Below, in pieces: positions 23,161-34,321 of a stretch of 64,000 bases of DNA (its first letter is position 1; the number at the start of each line of letters is the position of its first letter). The notes beneath the pieces are model-generated. The model saw only the letters and a list, made by a program, of their open reading frames with translations, was not told where the DNA came from and did not search any database. Origin of the DNA: Bacillales bacterium. GTDB lineage: Bacteria; Bacillota; Bacilli; CAJFEE01. The position numbers and the translations under genes were made by a program. The DNA is taken from contig JAQSYP010000001.1 in assembly GCA_029256085.1 (NCBI GenBank), positions 580,497-644,496 of the forward strand. Direction: 5' to 3'.

Positions 23161-23790
23161 ATGAATAAGAAAATTGCAAAAAACTTACTTGAAATCGGAG
23201 CTGTATGCTTAGAACCAAATAATCCTTTTACTTGGGCAAGTGGTATTAAATCTCCAATATACTGTGATAATAGATTGACCTTATCATATCCAGATACCAG
23301 AAATCTAATAAAAAATGAACTTGCAAAAATGATTGAAAGTATTTTCCCAGAAGCTGATATAATTGCGGGAACAGCAACGGCCGGTATCCCTCATGCCGCG
23401 CTAGTAGCAGATTATTTAGAACTTCCAATGGTCTACGTTAGAAGTAGTGCAAAAGAACATGGTAAGGGCAATCAAATAGAGGGTAAAGTAGTACAAGGTC
23501 AAAAAGTAGTTTTAGTTGAAGACTTGCTGTCTACAGGTGGTTCATCAATTAAATGTGTAAAGGCATTGAGAGATGCAGGATGTACTGTACTAGGAATAAT
23601 TAGTATCTTTTCTTATCAATTACCAATCTTAGAAGAAAATCTTTCTGGTAATAATATTGAGGCTTTTTCTTTATGTAACTATACGACACTTCTAGAAGTA
23701 GCTATTAGGGATGGTCATATTGAACAAAAAGAATTAGAAAAATTATCTAATTGGAGAAAAAATCCTACCAGTATTGATTGGATGAAATAA
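23161..23790 (+). CDS. pyrE: Orotate phosphoribosyltransferase
   Basis: PRPP-binding motif [13 protein letters not shown]. Confidence 0.95.
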   Translation: MNKKIAKNLLEIGAVCLEPNNPFTWASGIKSPIYCDNRLTLSYPDTRNLIKNELAKMIESIFPEADIIAGTATAGIPHAALVADYLELPMVYVRSSAKEHGKGNQIEGKVVQGQKVVLVEDLLSTGGSSIKCVKALRDAGCTVLGIISIFSYQLPILEENLSGNNIEAFSLCNYTTLLEVAIRDGHIEQKELEKLSNWRKNPTSIDWMK

Positions 23791-23868
23791 TTGCATATAA
23801 AATAAACTTGGCATTGCCAAGTCCTTTAAAAAGAAAATATTACTTTATTACACGAAGCTGGAAACTGC

Positions 23869-23888
23869 GGGAAATGTATACATTTCCC
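23869..23888. repeat. 20-bp perfect palindrome GGGAAATGTATACATTTCCC (copy 2)
   Basis: Read directly; sits in the pyrE 3' region. Left flank AAACTGCG. Confidence 0.9.
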
Positions 23889-24015
23889 CAACGGTAACAG
23901 CACGAGCCGAAAATCCATTTTTGCAAGTGAACTTGCGAAAATTAGTTGAGGCCGTGCCCGCGGAAAGCGAGTAGTTTCTGCGAGTGTACTTATTAGAATT
24001 TTATACTTTATATAT

Positions 24016-24052
24016 AAAAAAGAAGTCCTAGATTCAATGTTCTAAGACTTTT
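24016..24052. terminator. Bidirectional terminator shared by the pyr operon (+) and rqcH (-)
   Basis: Run of As (24015-24021), hairpin AGTCCTAGA/TCTAAGACT, then TTTT. Overlaps the rqcH stop codon. Confidence 0.6.
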
Positions 24053-25757
24053 GCTTTCTAGTACTAATTTTTAGTATTTCTTCTAATGAGGGTGTTACGT
24101 AAATTGTGTTGTTATTGTCATATGTTACAAATCCAGGTTTTGCACCCTTGATTTTTTTTACATTTTTTATTTGTGTAAAATCAACAGGCACCGAAGAAGA
24201 ATTTTTGCCTTTGCTAAAATATGCAGCTAAAATTGCAGCTTCATAGAGTGTCTTCTCAGAAGGATTGTTATTTCTAACTATAACATGACTACCAGGAATA
24301 TCCTTAGTATGTAACCAAAATTCATCACGCTTCGCTAGTTTATTTGTTAAGTAATCGTTTTGTTTATTATTTTTCCCTACTAGTATCTCTGTTGAATCAT
24401 TTGAATAGTATGTTTCAAAATTTGGTTTAGTAATTTTCTTCTTGTTTTTCTTATTTGTTCCTTTTATATAACCTTGTTCGGACAATTCTTCTCTAATTTC
24501 TTCAACATCACTAGGAGAGGAAGATTCAAGCTGTTGTTGAATTAATGTAAGATATTCGAGTTCAGCCTTAGTATTTTCTATCTGTTCCTCGATGATTGGT
24601 ATTGAGTTTTTAAATTTATTATATGTTTTAAAATAGTGTTGAGCATTTTCACTTGGTGTTTTTAATGGGTCTAGTACGATCTTCAAGAAACACTCTTCAG
24701 TCTCATAGTAATTCAGTGCTACTAATTCAGTATCACCTGGTTGAATACTATAAATATTTGCTGTTATGAGTTCACCATATAATTGGTATTTATTAGAATT
24801 AATTGCAACCTCTAATTCTGAGGATAGCTTGGATAACTTCCTATTATTCTTATCTATTTCATTATTTATTTTCGTCTGCAAGTCACCTGATATTTGCTTT
24901 ACTCTATCTCTTTCAGCCTTATCATAGAAATAAAAATCCAACATCTCAGAAATTGATTTGAAAAACTTTGATCTTGCATTAAGATGACTAAGTTTAAATA
25001 TATGAAAATCACTTTTTTGATCATTTTCATAAATTGTAGGTTTATATTTGTTGGTTACTTCGTCTATTACACTTATAAATGCAGGGAAAATAGTATTTTT
25101 ATTTACTAAACCTGCTCTATAGCAAATCTCTTTTGCAGTTACTGTAGAGAACCCTTCAAAAATTCCAACTAGCTGTTTATGAACTAGCCCTTCATTAAAC
25201 ATTATTTTACTTATTAATTCATCTTCAGTTGTAATAAAAGGATCAAGTTTACTACTTAAAGGTGGAAGTTCGTATGTTATACCCGGTAGTAATGTTCTAA
25301 TTCTGTTTTGAGCACTACTAACGTGCTTAATGCAATCTAATATTTTTCTGGTTTTACTATCTACGATAAAAATATTTGAATGCTTCCCCATTATTTCAAT
25401 ATAAATATGCTTTTTTGTTTCCTCACCAATCTCATCTCGAGAGCATACATCAATCCTAATTAATCTTTCTAATTTCAACTGTTCAATACTAACTATTATT
25501 CCACCTTCTAAATGTTTACGAAGGAGCATGCAAAACATTGGTGGTTCTGAAGGGGTATCATAATTATTTTCAGTTAAGTGAATTCTTGTATACATAGGGT
25601 GTGCAGAAATTAGTAATTTTTTATTTGTACCATTTTGCCTTATATTAAATAATATTTCATTTTTAGAAGTTTGATATATTTTTGAAATTCTCCCAGAAAC
25701 AATTTCTTCTCTTAGTTCATTAACGCAATATTTTAACAGTATTCCATCAAAAGCCAT
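24042..25757 (-). CDS. rqcH: Ribosome-quality-control protein RqcH (fibronectin-binding protein A, YloA)
   Basis: 571 aa with NFACT-N, coiled-coil and NFACT-R domain architecture; synteny. Confidence 0.9.
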   Translation of the reverse strand: MAFDGILLKYCVNELREEIVSGRISKIYQTSKNEILFNIRQNGTNKKLLISAHPMYTRIHLTENNYDTPSEPPMFCMLLRKHLEGGIIVSIEQLKLERLIRIDVCSRDEIGEETKKHIYIEIMGKHSNIFIVDSKTRKILDCIKHVSSAQNRIRTLLPGITYELPPLSSKLDPFITTEDELISKIMFNEGLVHKQLVGIFEGFSTVTAKEICYRAGLVNKNTIFPAFISVIDEVTNKYKPTIYENDQKSDFHIFKLSHLNARSKFFKSISEMLDFYFYDKAERDRVKQISGDLQTKINNEIDKNNRKLSKLSSELEVAINSNKYQLYGELITANIYSIQPGDTELVALNYYETEECFLKIVLDPLKTPSENAQHYFKTYNKFKNSIPIIEEQIENTKAELEYLTLIQQQLESSSPSDVEEIREELSEQGYIKGTNKKNKKKITKPNFETYYSNDSTEILVGKNNKQNDYLTNKLAKRDEFWLHTKDIPGSHVIVRNNNPSEKTLYEAAILAAYFSKGKNSSSVPVDFTQIKNVKKIKGAKPGFVTYDNNNTIYVTPSLEEILKISTRKQKS

Positions 25758-25948
25758 TTTACTTCCTCATACTTTCTATTTAATCAGTTCTGTATAGAAC
25801 ATATGTATATTTTATTTTGAATTAAGCTTCAAGGAAACATGTATTACTTGTTTTTTTAAAGTATAGCATTTTTTGGGACGAGGTTGAATATTCATGAAAA
25901 AGAGGCTTGTTCAAAAATCTGAATATATACAAGGAGAGGTGGAAAAAG

Positions 25949-28654
25949 TTGAGGTGGCATGAAATTGAAAATAATGAAATAGAAGACTTGTTACAAACAG
26001 ACTTTAACTGTGGCCTTTGGGAAAAAGAGGTCGATGAAAGGTTACTTAAAAATGGTCATAATGAATTACAAAATAAAAAAAAGAAGTCACCCTTAATTGT
26101 CTTCTTATCACAATTTAATGATTTTATGGTTTATGTTCTATTAGGAGCTACAGCGTTATCGTTTTTTCTAGGGGATATGGTTGATGCTGTTGCGATAATA
26201 GCCATCGTATTATTAAATGGTATTTTAGGTTTTGTACAAGAAAATAAGGCTGAGAAATCATTAGAAGCACTTAAGGAACTTTCTGCCCCACAAGTAACAG
26301 TTTTACGTGAAGGTAAATGGGTAAGAAAGCAATCACGAGACCTTGTAGTTGGCGATGTCGTCAAATTTATTGGTGGAGATAGAATTAGTGCTGATTTAAG
26401 GATTCTACAATGTGCTAGTTTGTATGTAGAAGAATCTGCGCTAACAGGTGAATCAGTTCCAGTTCTAAAAAATGCAAAGGCATTTAAGAATGAAAATGCA
26501 ACAATCGGCGATTTAGAAAACATGTGCTTCATGGGAACATTAGTTACTCAAGGAACAGGTACAGGTGTTGTTGTTGCTACTGGTATGGATACTGCCATGG
26601 GACAAATAGCATCACTACTGAATGAATCGGACGAGATGTTAACACCACTACAAAGAAGACTTGAACAATTAGGAAAGATACTAATTGCAATTTCTATATT
26701 ATTAACTTTATTAGTAGTTGTTCTTGGTGTATACCAAGGTCAAGATTTATATAGTATGTTTTTAGCTGGAATTTCTTTAGCAGTTGCAGCAATTCCAGAA
26801 GGTCTCCCAGCTATTGTTACAGTCGCATTGTCACTTGGTGTTCAAAGAATGATTAAGAAAAATGCACTCGTAAGAAAATTACAAGCAGTTGAAACTTTAG
26901 GCTGTGCAACAGTTATTTGCTCTGATAAGACTGGAACTATGACACAAAATAAAATGATGGTTACAAATGTTTGGGCTAGTGGCCATATGTGGAATGTTAC
27001 TGGTGAGGGATATGAGCCTAAGGGTCAATTTCGAAAAGATGATGTTTCAGTAAATCCAGAAGAAGATAGACAATTATATCAACTATTAACATTTGGATTA
27101 TTGTGTAGCGATGCAGATGTTGTTAGAAAAAAGAATGAATATATCGTTGAAGGTGACCCAACCGAGGGGGCTATTGTTGTATCTGCTTTAAAGGCAGGGA
27201 TTCAAAGAGAATTACTAGATGATCAGTTTAATATAGTTAAAGAATTCCCTTTTGATTCAGATAGGAAAATGATGACAAAAGTAGTAAAAGACCTCACAGG
27301 TAAAAGGTTTATTGTAACAAAAGGTGCACCAGAAATTATTCTAGAAAACTGTACACAAATATTATGGAATAATAGGGTTATTCCAATTTCAGAATTATAT
27401 AAAGATAGAGTAAATAGTGCATTATCTTCTTTAAGTAGTAAAGCATTAAGAACACTAGCAATTGCATATAGAGTATGTAGTCCTGAGGAAAAAGTCTATA
27501 GTGATAAGCAAGCTGAAAATAATTTAATCTTTGTAGGTATTCAAGGGATGTACGATCCACCAAGAGCAGAAGTATATGATGCAGTTAGAGAGTGTAAGGA
27601 TGCAGGAATAAAAACGGTAATGATTACAGGTGATCACGTTTTAACGGCTGAAGCAATCGCCAAAGATCTAAATATATTGCCTGAGAATGGCAAAGTTATT
27701 GAAGGTGTAGTTCTAGAGGAATTAGATGATAGGGAGCTTGAAGATATCGTAAATGATATCTATGTTTTTGCAAGAGTATCTCCTGCACATAAGTTAAGAA
27801 TTGTTAAAGCCCTTCAAAATAAGGGTAATATTGTAGCGATGACAGGTGATGGTGTTAATGATGCTCCCGCAATAAAAGCAGCGGATATAGGCATTTCTAT
27901 GGGGATTAATGGAACCGACGTTTCCAAAGAAGCATCAGCAATGATTCTTATGGATGACAACTTCGCAACAATAAAATCAGCGATCAAAGAAGGAAGAAAC
28001 ATATACGAAAATATACGAAAGTTTATTAGATATTTGTTAGCATCAAATGTAGGAGAAATCCTTGTTATGCTTTTTGCAATGCTACTAGCACTTCCATTAC
28101 CATTAGTGCCGATTCAAATATTATGGGTTAATTTAGTAACAGATGGATTGCCAGCCATGGCCTTAGGATTAGATCAACCAGAAGGTGATTTAATGAATAA
28201 AGGACCAAGAAGTCCCAAAGAGGGAGTATTTGCAAGAGGGCTGTGGTGGAAAATTATTAGTAGAGGTTTCTTAATTGGTATTGCCACACTCTTCGCTTTC
28301 ATCGTTGCTTATAATACACATCCAGATGATTTAAAATATGCTCAAACTGTTGCCTTTTCAACGCTCGTATTAGCGCAGCTAATCCACGTTTTTGATTGTA
28401 GAAGTGAACATTCTATTTTGAGTAGAAATCCATTTGAAAACATGGCATTAGTTTGGGCTGTGTTATCATCTCTTATCTTAATGTTAGTTGTTATCTACGC
28501 AAAACCGTTACAACCTATATTTGATACGGTTGCGATTATGCCTAAAGATTGGTTACTGATTGTGGGAATGGCTGCGATCCCAACTTTCCTATTAGCTGGG
28601 TTTGCCCTACCTGGATCGACTAAAATAAAAAAACAAATAAAAGAAGTAAAATAA
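25949..28654 (+). CDS. yloB: P-type Ca2+-transporting ATPase YloB
   Basis: DKTGT phosphorylation site and GDGVNDAPA motif. Start set at the in-frame TTG after the AGGAGAGGTGG RBS; the track start is 25907. Confidence 0.85.
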   Translation: MRWHEIENNEIEDLLQTDFNCGLWEKEVDERLLKNGHNELQNKKKKSPLIVFLSQFNDFMVYVLLGATALSFFLGDMVDAVAIIAIVLLNGILGFVQENKAEKSLEALKELSAPQVTVLREGKWVRKQSRDLVVGDVVKFIGGDRISADLRILQCASLYVEESALTGESVPVLKNAKAFKNENATIGDLENMCFMGTLVTQGTGTGVVVATGMDTAMGQIASLLNESDEMLTPLQRRLEQLGKILIAISILLTLLVVVLGVYQGQDLYSMFLAGISLAVAAIPEGLPAIVTVALSLGVQRMIKKNALVRKLQAVETLGCATVICSDKTGTMTQNKMMVTNVWASGHMWNVTGEGYEPKGQFRKDDVSVNPEEDRQLYQLLTFGLLCSDADVVRKKNEYIVEGDPTEGAIVVSALKAGIQRELLDDQFNIVKEFPFDSDRKMMTKVVKDLTGKRFIVTKGAPEIILENCTQILWNNRVIPISELYKDRVNSALSSLSSKALRTLAIAYRVCSPEEKVYSDKQAENNLIFVGIQGMYDPPRAEVYDAVRECKDAGIKTVMITGDHVLTAEAIAKDLNILPENGKVIEGVVLEELDDRELEDIVNDIYVFARVSPAHKLRIVKALQNKGNIVAMTGDGVNDAPAIKAADIGISMGINGTDVSKEASAMILMDDNFATIKSAIKEGRNIYENIRKFIRYLLASNVGEILVMLFAMLLALPLPLVPIQILWVNLVTDGLPAMALGLDQPEGDLMNKGPRSPKEGVFARGLWWKIISRGFLIGIATLFAFIVAYNTHPDDLKYAQTVAFSTLVLAQLIHVFDCRSEHSILSRNPFENMALVWAVLSSLILMLVVIYAKPLQPIFDTVAIMPKDWLLIVGMAAIPTFLLAGFALPGSTKIKKQIKEVK

Positions 28655-28697
28655 TAACATATTTTAATATTAACAATTTATATGGTATTATTATGAA

Positions 28698-28740
28698 AGG
28701 TAGTAGACAATAGATCTATTACCTTTTCTTTTGCTTTTAA
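28698..28740 (+). terminator. Terminator after yloB
   Basis: AGGTAGTAG/CTATTACCT stem plus T-run. Confidence 0.6.
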
Positions 28741-28756
28741 GCAAAATTAATAAAGG

Positions 28757-29644
28757 ATGTGGGTTATCGTGACATTAAGTATGACTGGGTTTGGTAGGAG
28801 TGTAAAAGAGAATGAACTTAATTCTGTTACTGTTGAAATCAAATCAGTGAACCATAGATATTTAGAAACACTAATTAGAATGCCTAAGCAATTTATAATA
28901 ATTGAAGATAGAATAAAAAAGGCTATTCAAAATAAATTGAATAGAGGAAGAATTGAAGTATACATAACAGTTGAGGGACAAGGTTTAGTAAACAAGGAAA
29001 TATTAATTGATTGGAAACTCCTAGATCAATTAACAGATGCATGGAATCAAATAAAGGAAAAAATAAATTCAAACGATGACATAAGAGTAAACGATTTAAT
29101 AAGATTTCAAGACGTAATAACAATTAACGAAACTGACAATAATGATGATAGTGTCGCCCAATTAATTTTGGAAGCAGTTGAAGAAGCTGTAAGTAACTTA
29201 GAGAAAATGAGATCAATTGAAGGTGAGCAATTAAAGTTAGATATTTTAAATAACATATCTAGCCTTAAGGAATCAGTTAGCATTGTTGAAGAAATTGCAA
29301 GAATGTATCCAGAAAAAATACGGGAAAAAACTTTCAGAAAGTTAAAAGATATATTGGAAGGTCAATTAGACGAGCAACGTATTTACATGGAGGTTGCTGT
29401 TTTAGCTGAAAAGTCTGATGTAGCAGAGGAAATAAGTCGTTTAAGTAGTCACTTTATTCAATTTGAAAGTGAACTTGAAAGCAATGAACCTGTCGGAAGA
29501 AAGCTTGATTTTATTGTACAGGAAATGAATCGTGAGTGTAATACAATAGGTTCAAAAGTAAACGATATGAGCATTACAAAATTAGTTATTGAAATGAAAT
29601 CCAAGCTTGAAAAAATTAGAGAACAAGTTCAGAACATTGAATAA
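28757..29644 (+). CDS. yloC: YicC-family endoribonuclease YloC
   Basis: The (M)TGFG N-terminal motif. The true start may be GTG 28769 or ATG 28781. Confidence 0.8.
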   Translation: MWVIVTLSMTGFGRSVKENELNSVTVEIKSVNHRYLETLIRMPKQFIIIEDRIKKAIQNKLNRGRIEVYITVEGQGLVNKEILIDWKLLDQLTDAWNQIKEKINSNDDIRVNDLIRFQDVITINETDNNDDSVAQLILEAVEEAVSNLEKMRSIEGEQLKLDILNNISSLKESVSIVEEIARMYPEKIREKTFRKLKDILEGQLDEQRIYMEVAVLAEKSDVAEEISRLSSHFIQFESELESNEPVGRKLDFIVQEMNRECNTIGSKVNDMSITKLVIEMKSKLEKIREQVQNIE

Positions 29645-29653
29645 TGCTCTTAA

Positions 29654-30303
<650 letters not shown>

Positions 30304-30304
<1 letters not shown>

Positions 30305-30528
30305 TGTTATATCCATCAATTGACGAATTAATGAATAAAGTAGATTCTAAATATATTTTAGTTACTTTAGCATCAAAACGCGCTAGAAACTTACAAGACA
30401 AATCTCCACTTTTATTGTCGAAGCCAAAGTCACACAAATATGTAGGTAAAGCTTTAGAGGAAATTTTTGCAGATGAACTTGGGTTTGAAAGAGAATTTGT
30501 AATTCAAACTTCAAAACTTGAAAAGTAA
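30304..30528 (+). CDS. rpoZ: RNA polymerase omega subunit
   Basis: 74 aa; [15 protein letters not shown] is omega-like. Confidence 0.9.
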
Positions 30529-30594
30529 TTATAAATAAAAAACAGAGGCGATCGCCTATATCCAAAGGACTTGACGGTGCCAAGTTAACTTTTT

Positions 30595-30625
30595 AAAGAC
30601 TTGGCAAAAGCCAAGTCTTTTCTAT
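30595..30625 (+). terminator. Terminator after rpoZ (member of the CTTGGC-AAAA-GCCAAG hairpin family)
   Basis: AAGACTTGGC AAAA GCCAAGTCTT plus T-rich tail. Confidence 0.7.
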
Positions 30626-30688
30626 TTATGCTAAAAAGAAGTAAAATATAGTTAATATATTTAACGTATTAATATCGAGGTGTAATTT

Positions 30689-31897
30689 ATGCTAAATAAA
30701 AATATCTTGCTTTGTGTATGTGGTGGTGTAGCTGTTTTTAAAGCCGCGGCTCTCACTAGTAAACTAGTTCAACAAGGTGCAAATGTTAAGGTTATTATGA
30801 CGAATTCAGCAATGAAATTTATAACGCCGTTAACATTCCAAGTTTTATCTAGGAATGAAGTTTATGTGGACACGTTTAATGAATCAAATCCAGAAGCTGT
30901 TCAACATATTGATTTAGCTAAATGGGCGGATATTACCATTATCGCACCGGCTACTGCTAACGTAATTGGTAAAATTGCGAATGGCATAGCAGACGATATG
31001 TTGACTACAACTATTATGGCTACAGTTAATCCAGTCATCATTGCTCCAGCGATGAATGTAAATATGTATAACAACAAAATTGTTCAAGAAAATATCGATA
31101 GATTAAAAAAGTTAGATTATATTTTTTTCGAACCAAGTGAGGGACTTTTAGCATGTGGGGATATTGGCAAAGGAAGACTATTAGAACCAGAGGATATTAT
31201 TAAAAATTTAAATAATATTTTTAATGAATCTAACTACTTTAATGGCAAAAAAATACTAATTACTGCCGGACCAACTATTGAAAAAATAGATCCCGTTCGG
31301 TTTATATCAAATTTTTCAAGTGGAAAGATGGGATATGCTTTAGCTGAACAAGCTGCGCGTTTCGGTGCAGATGTCACACTAATATCTGGCCCAACGAAAC
31401 TTCCTCCACCAAAAGGTATACGTTTAATAAACATTAATTCAGCTGAAGAAATGTTTGAAGCTGTAAAAGAAAATTTTGAATTGAATAAAATCATAATTAA
31501 ATCTGCAGCCGTAGCTGACTATACACCTATAACTATTGAAGATAACAAAATAAAGAAAAAATCAAATGATATGATACTAAAACTAAAAAAAACTACCGAC
31601 ATTCTAAAATGGTTAGGTGACAATAAGTCAGACAAAGTGCTTATTGGTTTTGCTGCTGAAACTAATAATGTTTTAGAGTATGCACAAGATAAACTTCAAA
31701 GGAAAAATCTTGATTATATAATAGTTAATGACGTTTCTAAAGAAGGTGCTGGATTCAATGTCGATACTAATATTGCTACCTTAATTAGTAGAGATGGAAC
31801 AAAAATTGACTTTCCGCTACTATCAAAAAAAGATCTAGCCAAGCAAATTATGGAAGTTTTATATGAAAAAGTGGTGAAGGATTATGATACTCGCTAA
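30689..31897 (+). CDS. coaBC: Phosphopantothenoylcysteine decarboxylase / phosphopantothenate-cysteine ligase
   Basis: 402 aa, flavoprotein N-domain plus DFP C-domain. Confidence 0.9.
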   Translation: MLNKNILLCVCGGVAVFKAAALTSKLVQQGANVKVIMTNSAMKFITPLTFQVLSRNEVYVDTFNESNPEAVQHIDLAKWADITIIAPATANVIGKIANGIADDMLTTTIMATVNPVIIAPAMNVNMYNNKIVQENIDRLKKLDYIFFEPSEGLLACGDIGKGRLLEPEDIIKNLNNIFNESNYFNGKKILITAGPTIEKIDPVRFISNFSSGKMGYALAEQAARFGADVTLISGPTKLPPPKGIRLININSAEEMFEAVKENFELNKIIIKSAAVADYTPITIEDNKIKKKSNDMILKLKKTTDILKWLGDNKSDKVLIGFAAETNNVLEYAQDKLQRKNLDYIIVNDVSKEGAGFNVDTNIATLISRDGTKIDFPLLSKKDLAKQIMEVLYEKVVKDYDTR

Positions 31898-34304
31898 CGT
31901 TGTAGTAGATGTGCCAGCATTTGCAACAGATAAAGAATATACTTACTTAATTCCTATAAAATATCTCGAAACTATAGAAATTGGACAAAGAGTTATTGTT
32001 CCTTTTGGTCCAACAAAAAAATTAGGATATATAACTTCGATAAAAGATGGGGAGAAATTTGAAGGTATAAAAGAAATAGAAGAAATTATAGATGTAAATC
32101 CTGTAATTACTAGGGAATTAATACATCTTTCTGAGTGGATGAAAAATAAACTTTTGTGTTATTCAGTTACAGCGTTACAAGCTATGTTACCTGCTGCAAT
32201 GAAAGCAACTTACACTAAGTCTATTTGTTTACTCGGTGATGAGGCAGTAGAACACCTAGGAAATAATCTAAAGCGAATTTTTAATGGAAAGACTTCTATC
32301 GATTTTAATGTTATTAAACATGATGGTACCTTGTTAAAAGAAATAAAAGATGCAGTCAAAGATGGATATGTTGAAGTAGTGTACTCAGTTAAGGGGAAAG
32401 AACGAGTTAAGACTGATAAATATGTTGAAAAAATATGTGATGATGGAATAATACTTCAGATTATAGATGAAATACCGAAAGCATCAAAATCAAAGAAAAA
32501 ATTTCTAGATGTATTGTTAGAGATTGAAAAGTCAAAACCTTTATCTTTCTTTTTAAAAGATTTGAAGTTTAATAGAGAAACTATAAAATATTTCGAGAAG
32601 AAAAATATTATAAGTATTTATGAAAAGGAAATATACCGCGACCACTATAATAACACAAAGTTCGTAAAATCAGAGCCATTAGAACTTTCACTTGACCAAG
32701 ATAAAGTTGTAAATGATATTGTTTCATCAATTAAACAAGAAAAGCATGAGACATTTTTACTTCACGGTGTTACAGGAAGCGGGAAAACGGAAATATATCT
32801 TCAATCTATACTTGAGGTTATCTCTAGAGGAAAAGAAGCTATTGTACTAGTTCCAGAAATATCATTGACTCCACAAATGGTTAAGAGATTTAAATCCAGA
32901 TTTAGTAATCAAGTTGCGGTACTACATAGTGGATTAAGTATCGGGGAGAAATATGATGAATGGCGCAAAATTCTAAGAAAAGAAGTTAAAGTTGTTGTTG
33001 GAGCGAGATCTGCAATTTTTGCTCCATTTGAAAATCTGGGCCTTATAATTATAGATGAAGAACACGAAGGAACTTATAAACAAGAAGATCAGCCGAAATA
33101 TCATACTCGAGATGTAGCAATATATCGTGGGAATTTTAATAACTGCCCAGTTGTTTTAGGAAGTGCTACACCTGCTATTGAAACGTATGCTCGAGCTTTA
33201 AAAGGCGTATATAAACTTCTTGAGTTGAAAACAAGAGTTAAGCAACAACAAATGCCAGAAGTACATGTTGTCGACCTACGAGAAGAGTTAAAGGATAAAA
33301 ATCTAAGTCCTTTTTCTAGATTATTACATGAAAAAATTGAGGATAGACTTAAAAAAGGTGAACAGATTGTCCTTCTTCTAAATAGGCGGGGATTTTCGAA
33401 TTTCATTATGTGTAGAGAATGTGGATTCGTTCAACAATGCCCGAATTGTGATGTTTCTCTAACGTATCATAAGGTTAATGAGAAGTTAAAATGTCACTAC
33501 TGTGGGTATGACGAGACGAGACAACATCGGTGTCCGGATTGCCATAGTAAACATATAAGATACTTTGGGACAGGTACTCAAAAAATTGAGGAAGAATTAA
33601 ATAAATATTTTCCAGAAGCAAAAGTTATACGAATGGATGTTGATACAACAAGTAAAAAAGGATCTCATGAAAAGCTACTTACTGCCTTTGAAAATGAAGA
33701 GGCTGATATATTGCTAGGAACTCAAATGATTGCAAAAGGACTAGATTTCCCTAAGGTTTCGCTCGTAGGAATTCTGTCAGCCGATTCAACACTTCACATT
33801 CCAGACTATAAATCAGCAGAAAGAACATATCAGTTGATTACTCAAGTAAGTGGAAGAGCGGGGAGACATGAAATCCCTGGAGAGGTTGTTATTCAAACTT
33901 ATACTTCTGATCACTATAGTATTTTATCAGCGTGTAAAAATAACTATCTAGAATTTTTTAACAATGAAATGTGGAATCGGAAACAAGGTAATTATCCACC
34001 ATATTTTAATCTTTGTTTAATAAATATTTCTCATTCTGAAAACCAAATAGCTCAAAGTTACGCACATAAGATTGTCAATTTCATTAAAAGTCAAAATATC
34101 AACAACAATTTCATTATATTAGGTCCGGTTGTTTCACCTATTTCGAGAATTCAAAACAAATTTAGATATCAATGTTTAATAAAATATAAAGAAGAAAAAC
34201 AGATTGTTCCAGTCTTGAAAAATATTATTGATCTTAACCAAAAAGAAATAACTACTAGAGGTTTATCTATTAACATAGATTTACACCCAAATACTTTTAT
34301 GTAA
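31884..34304 (+). CDS. priA: Primosomal protein N' (replication-restart helicase PriA)
   Basis: 806 aa with Walker A GVTGSGKT, DEEH box and a Cys-rich zinc-binding region. Confidence 0.95.
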   Translation: MILANVVVDVPAFATDKEYTYLIPIKYLETIEIGQRVIVPFGPTKKLGYITSIKDGEKFEGIKEIEEIIDVNPVITRELIHLSEWMKNKLLCYSVTALQAMLPAAMKATYTKSICLLGDEAVEHLGNNLKRIFNGKTSIDFNVIKHDGTLLKEIKDAVKDGYVEVVYSVKGKERVKTDKYVEKICDDGIILQIIDEIPKASKSKKKFLDVLLEIEKSKPLSFFLKDLKFNRETIKYFEKKNIISIYEKEIYRDHYNNTKFVKSEPLELSLDQDKVVNDIVSSIKQEKHETFLLHGVTGSGKTEIYLQSILEVISRGKEAIVLVPEISLTPQMVKRFKSRFSNQVAVLHSGLSIGEKYDEWRKILRKEVKVVVGARSAIFAPFENLGLIIIDEEHEGTYKQEDQPKYHTRDVAIYRGNFNNCPVVLGSATPAIETYARALKGVYKLLELKTRVKQQQMPEVHVVDLREELKDKNLSPFSRLLHEKIEDRLKKGEQIVLLLNRRGFSNFIMCRECGFVQQCPNCDVSLTYHKVNEKLKCHYCGYDETRQHRCPDCHSKHIRYFGTGTQKIEEELNKYFPEAKVIRMDVDTTSKKGSHEKLLTAFENEEADILLGTQMIAKGLDFPKVSLVGILSADSTLHIPDYKSAERTYQLITQVSGRAGRHEIPGEVVIQTYTSDHYSILSACKNNYLEFFNNEMWNRKQGNYPPYFNLCLINISHSENQIAQSYAHKIVNFIKSQNINNNFIILGPVVSPISRIQNKFRYQCLIKYKEEKQIVPVLKNIIDLNQKEITTRGLSINIDLHPNTFM

Positions 34305-34321
34305 TATAGGAGGCATTAAAA

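Noticed and set aside
23869-23888. GTATAC palindromes as restriction-modification targets (GTATAC is the BstZ17I/Bst1107I site)
   Set aside because: GTATAC also occurs inside genes here (for example 2441, 22027, 28957). The conserved flanks extend well beyond a hexamer, so an R-M explanation is unnecessary.
30546-30557. Perfect palindrome AGGCGATCGCCT (HIP1-like GCGATCGC core) after rpoZ
   Set aside because: It is a single occurrence. HIP1 is a cyanobacterial phenomenon, and here it is most simply part of the rpoZ 3' stem-loop region.
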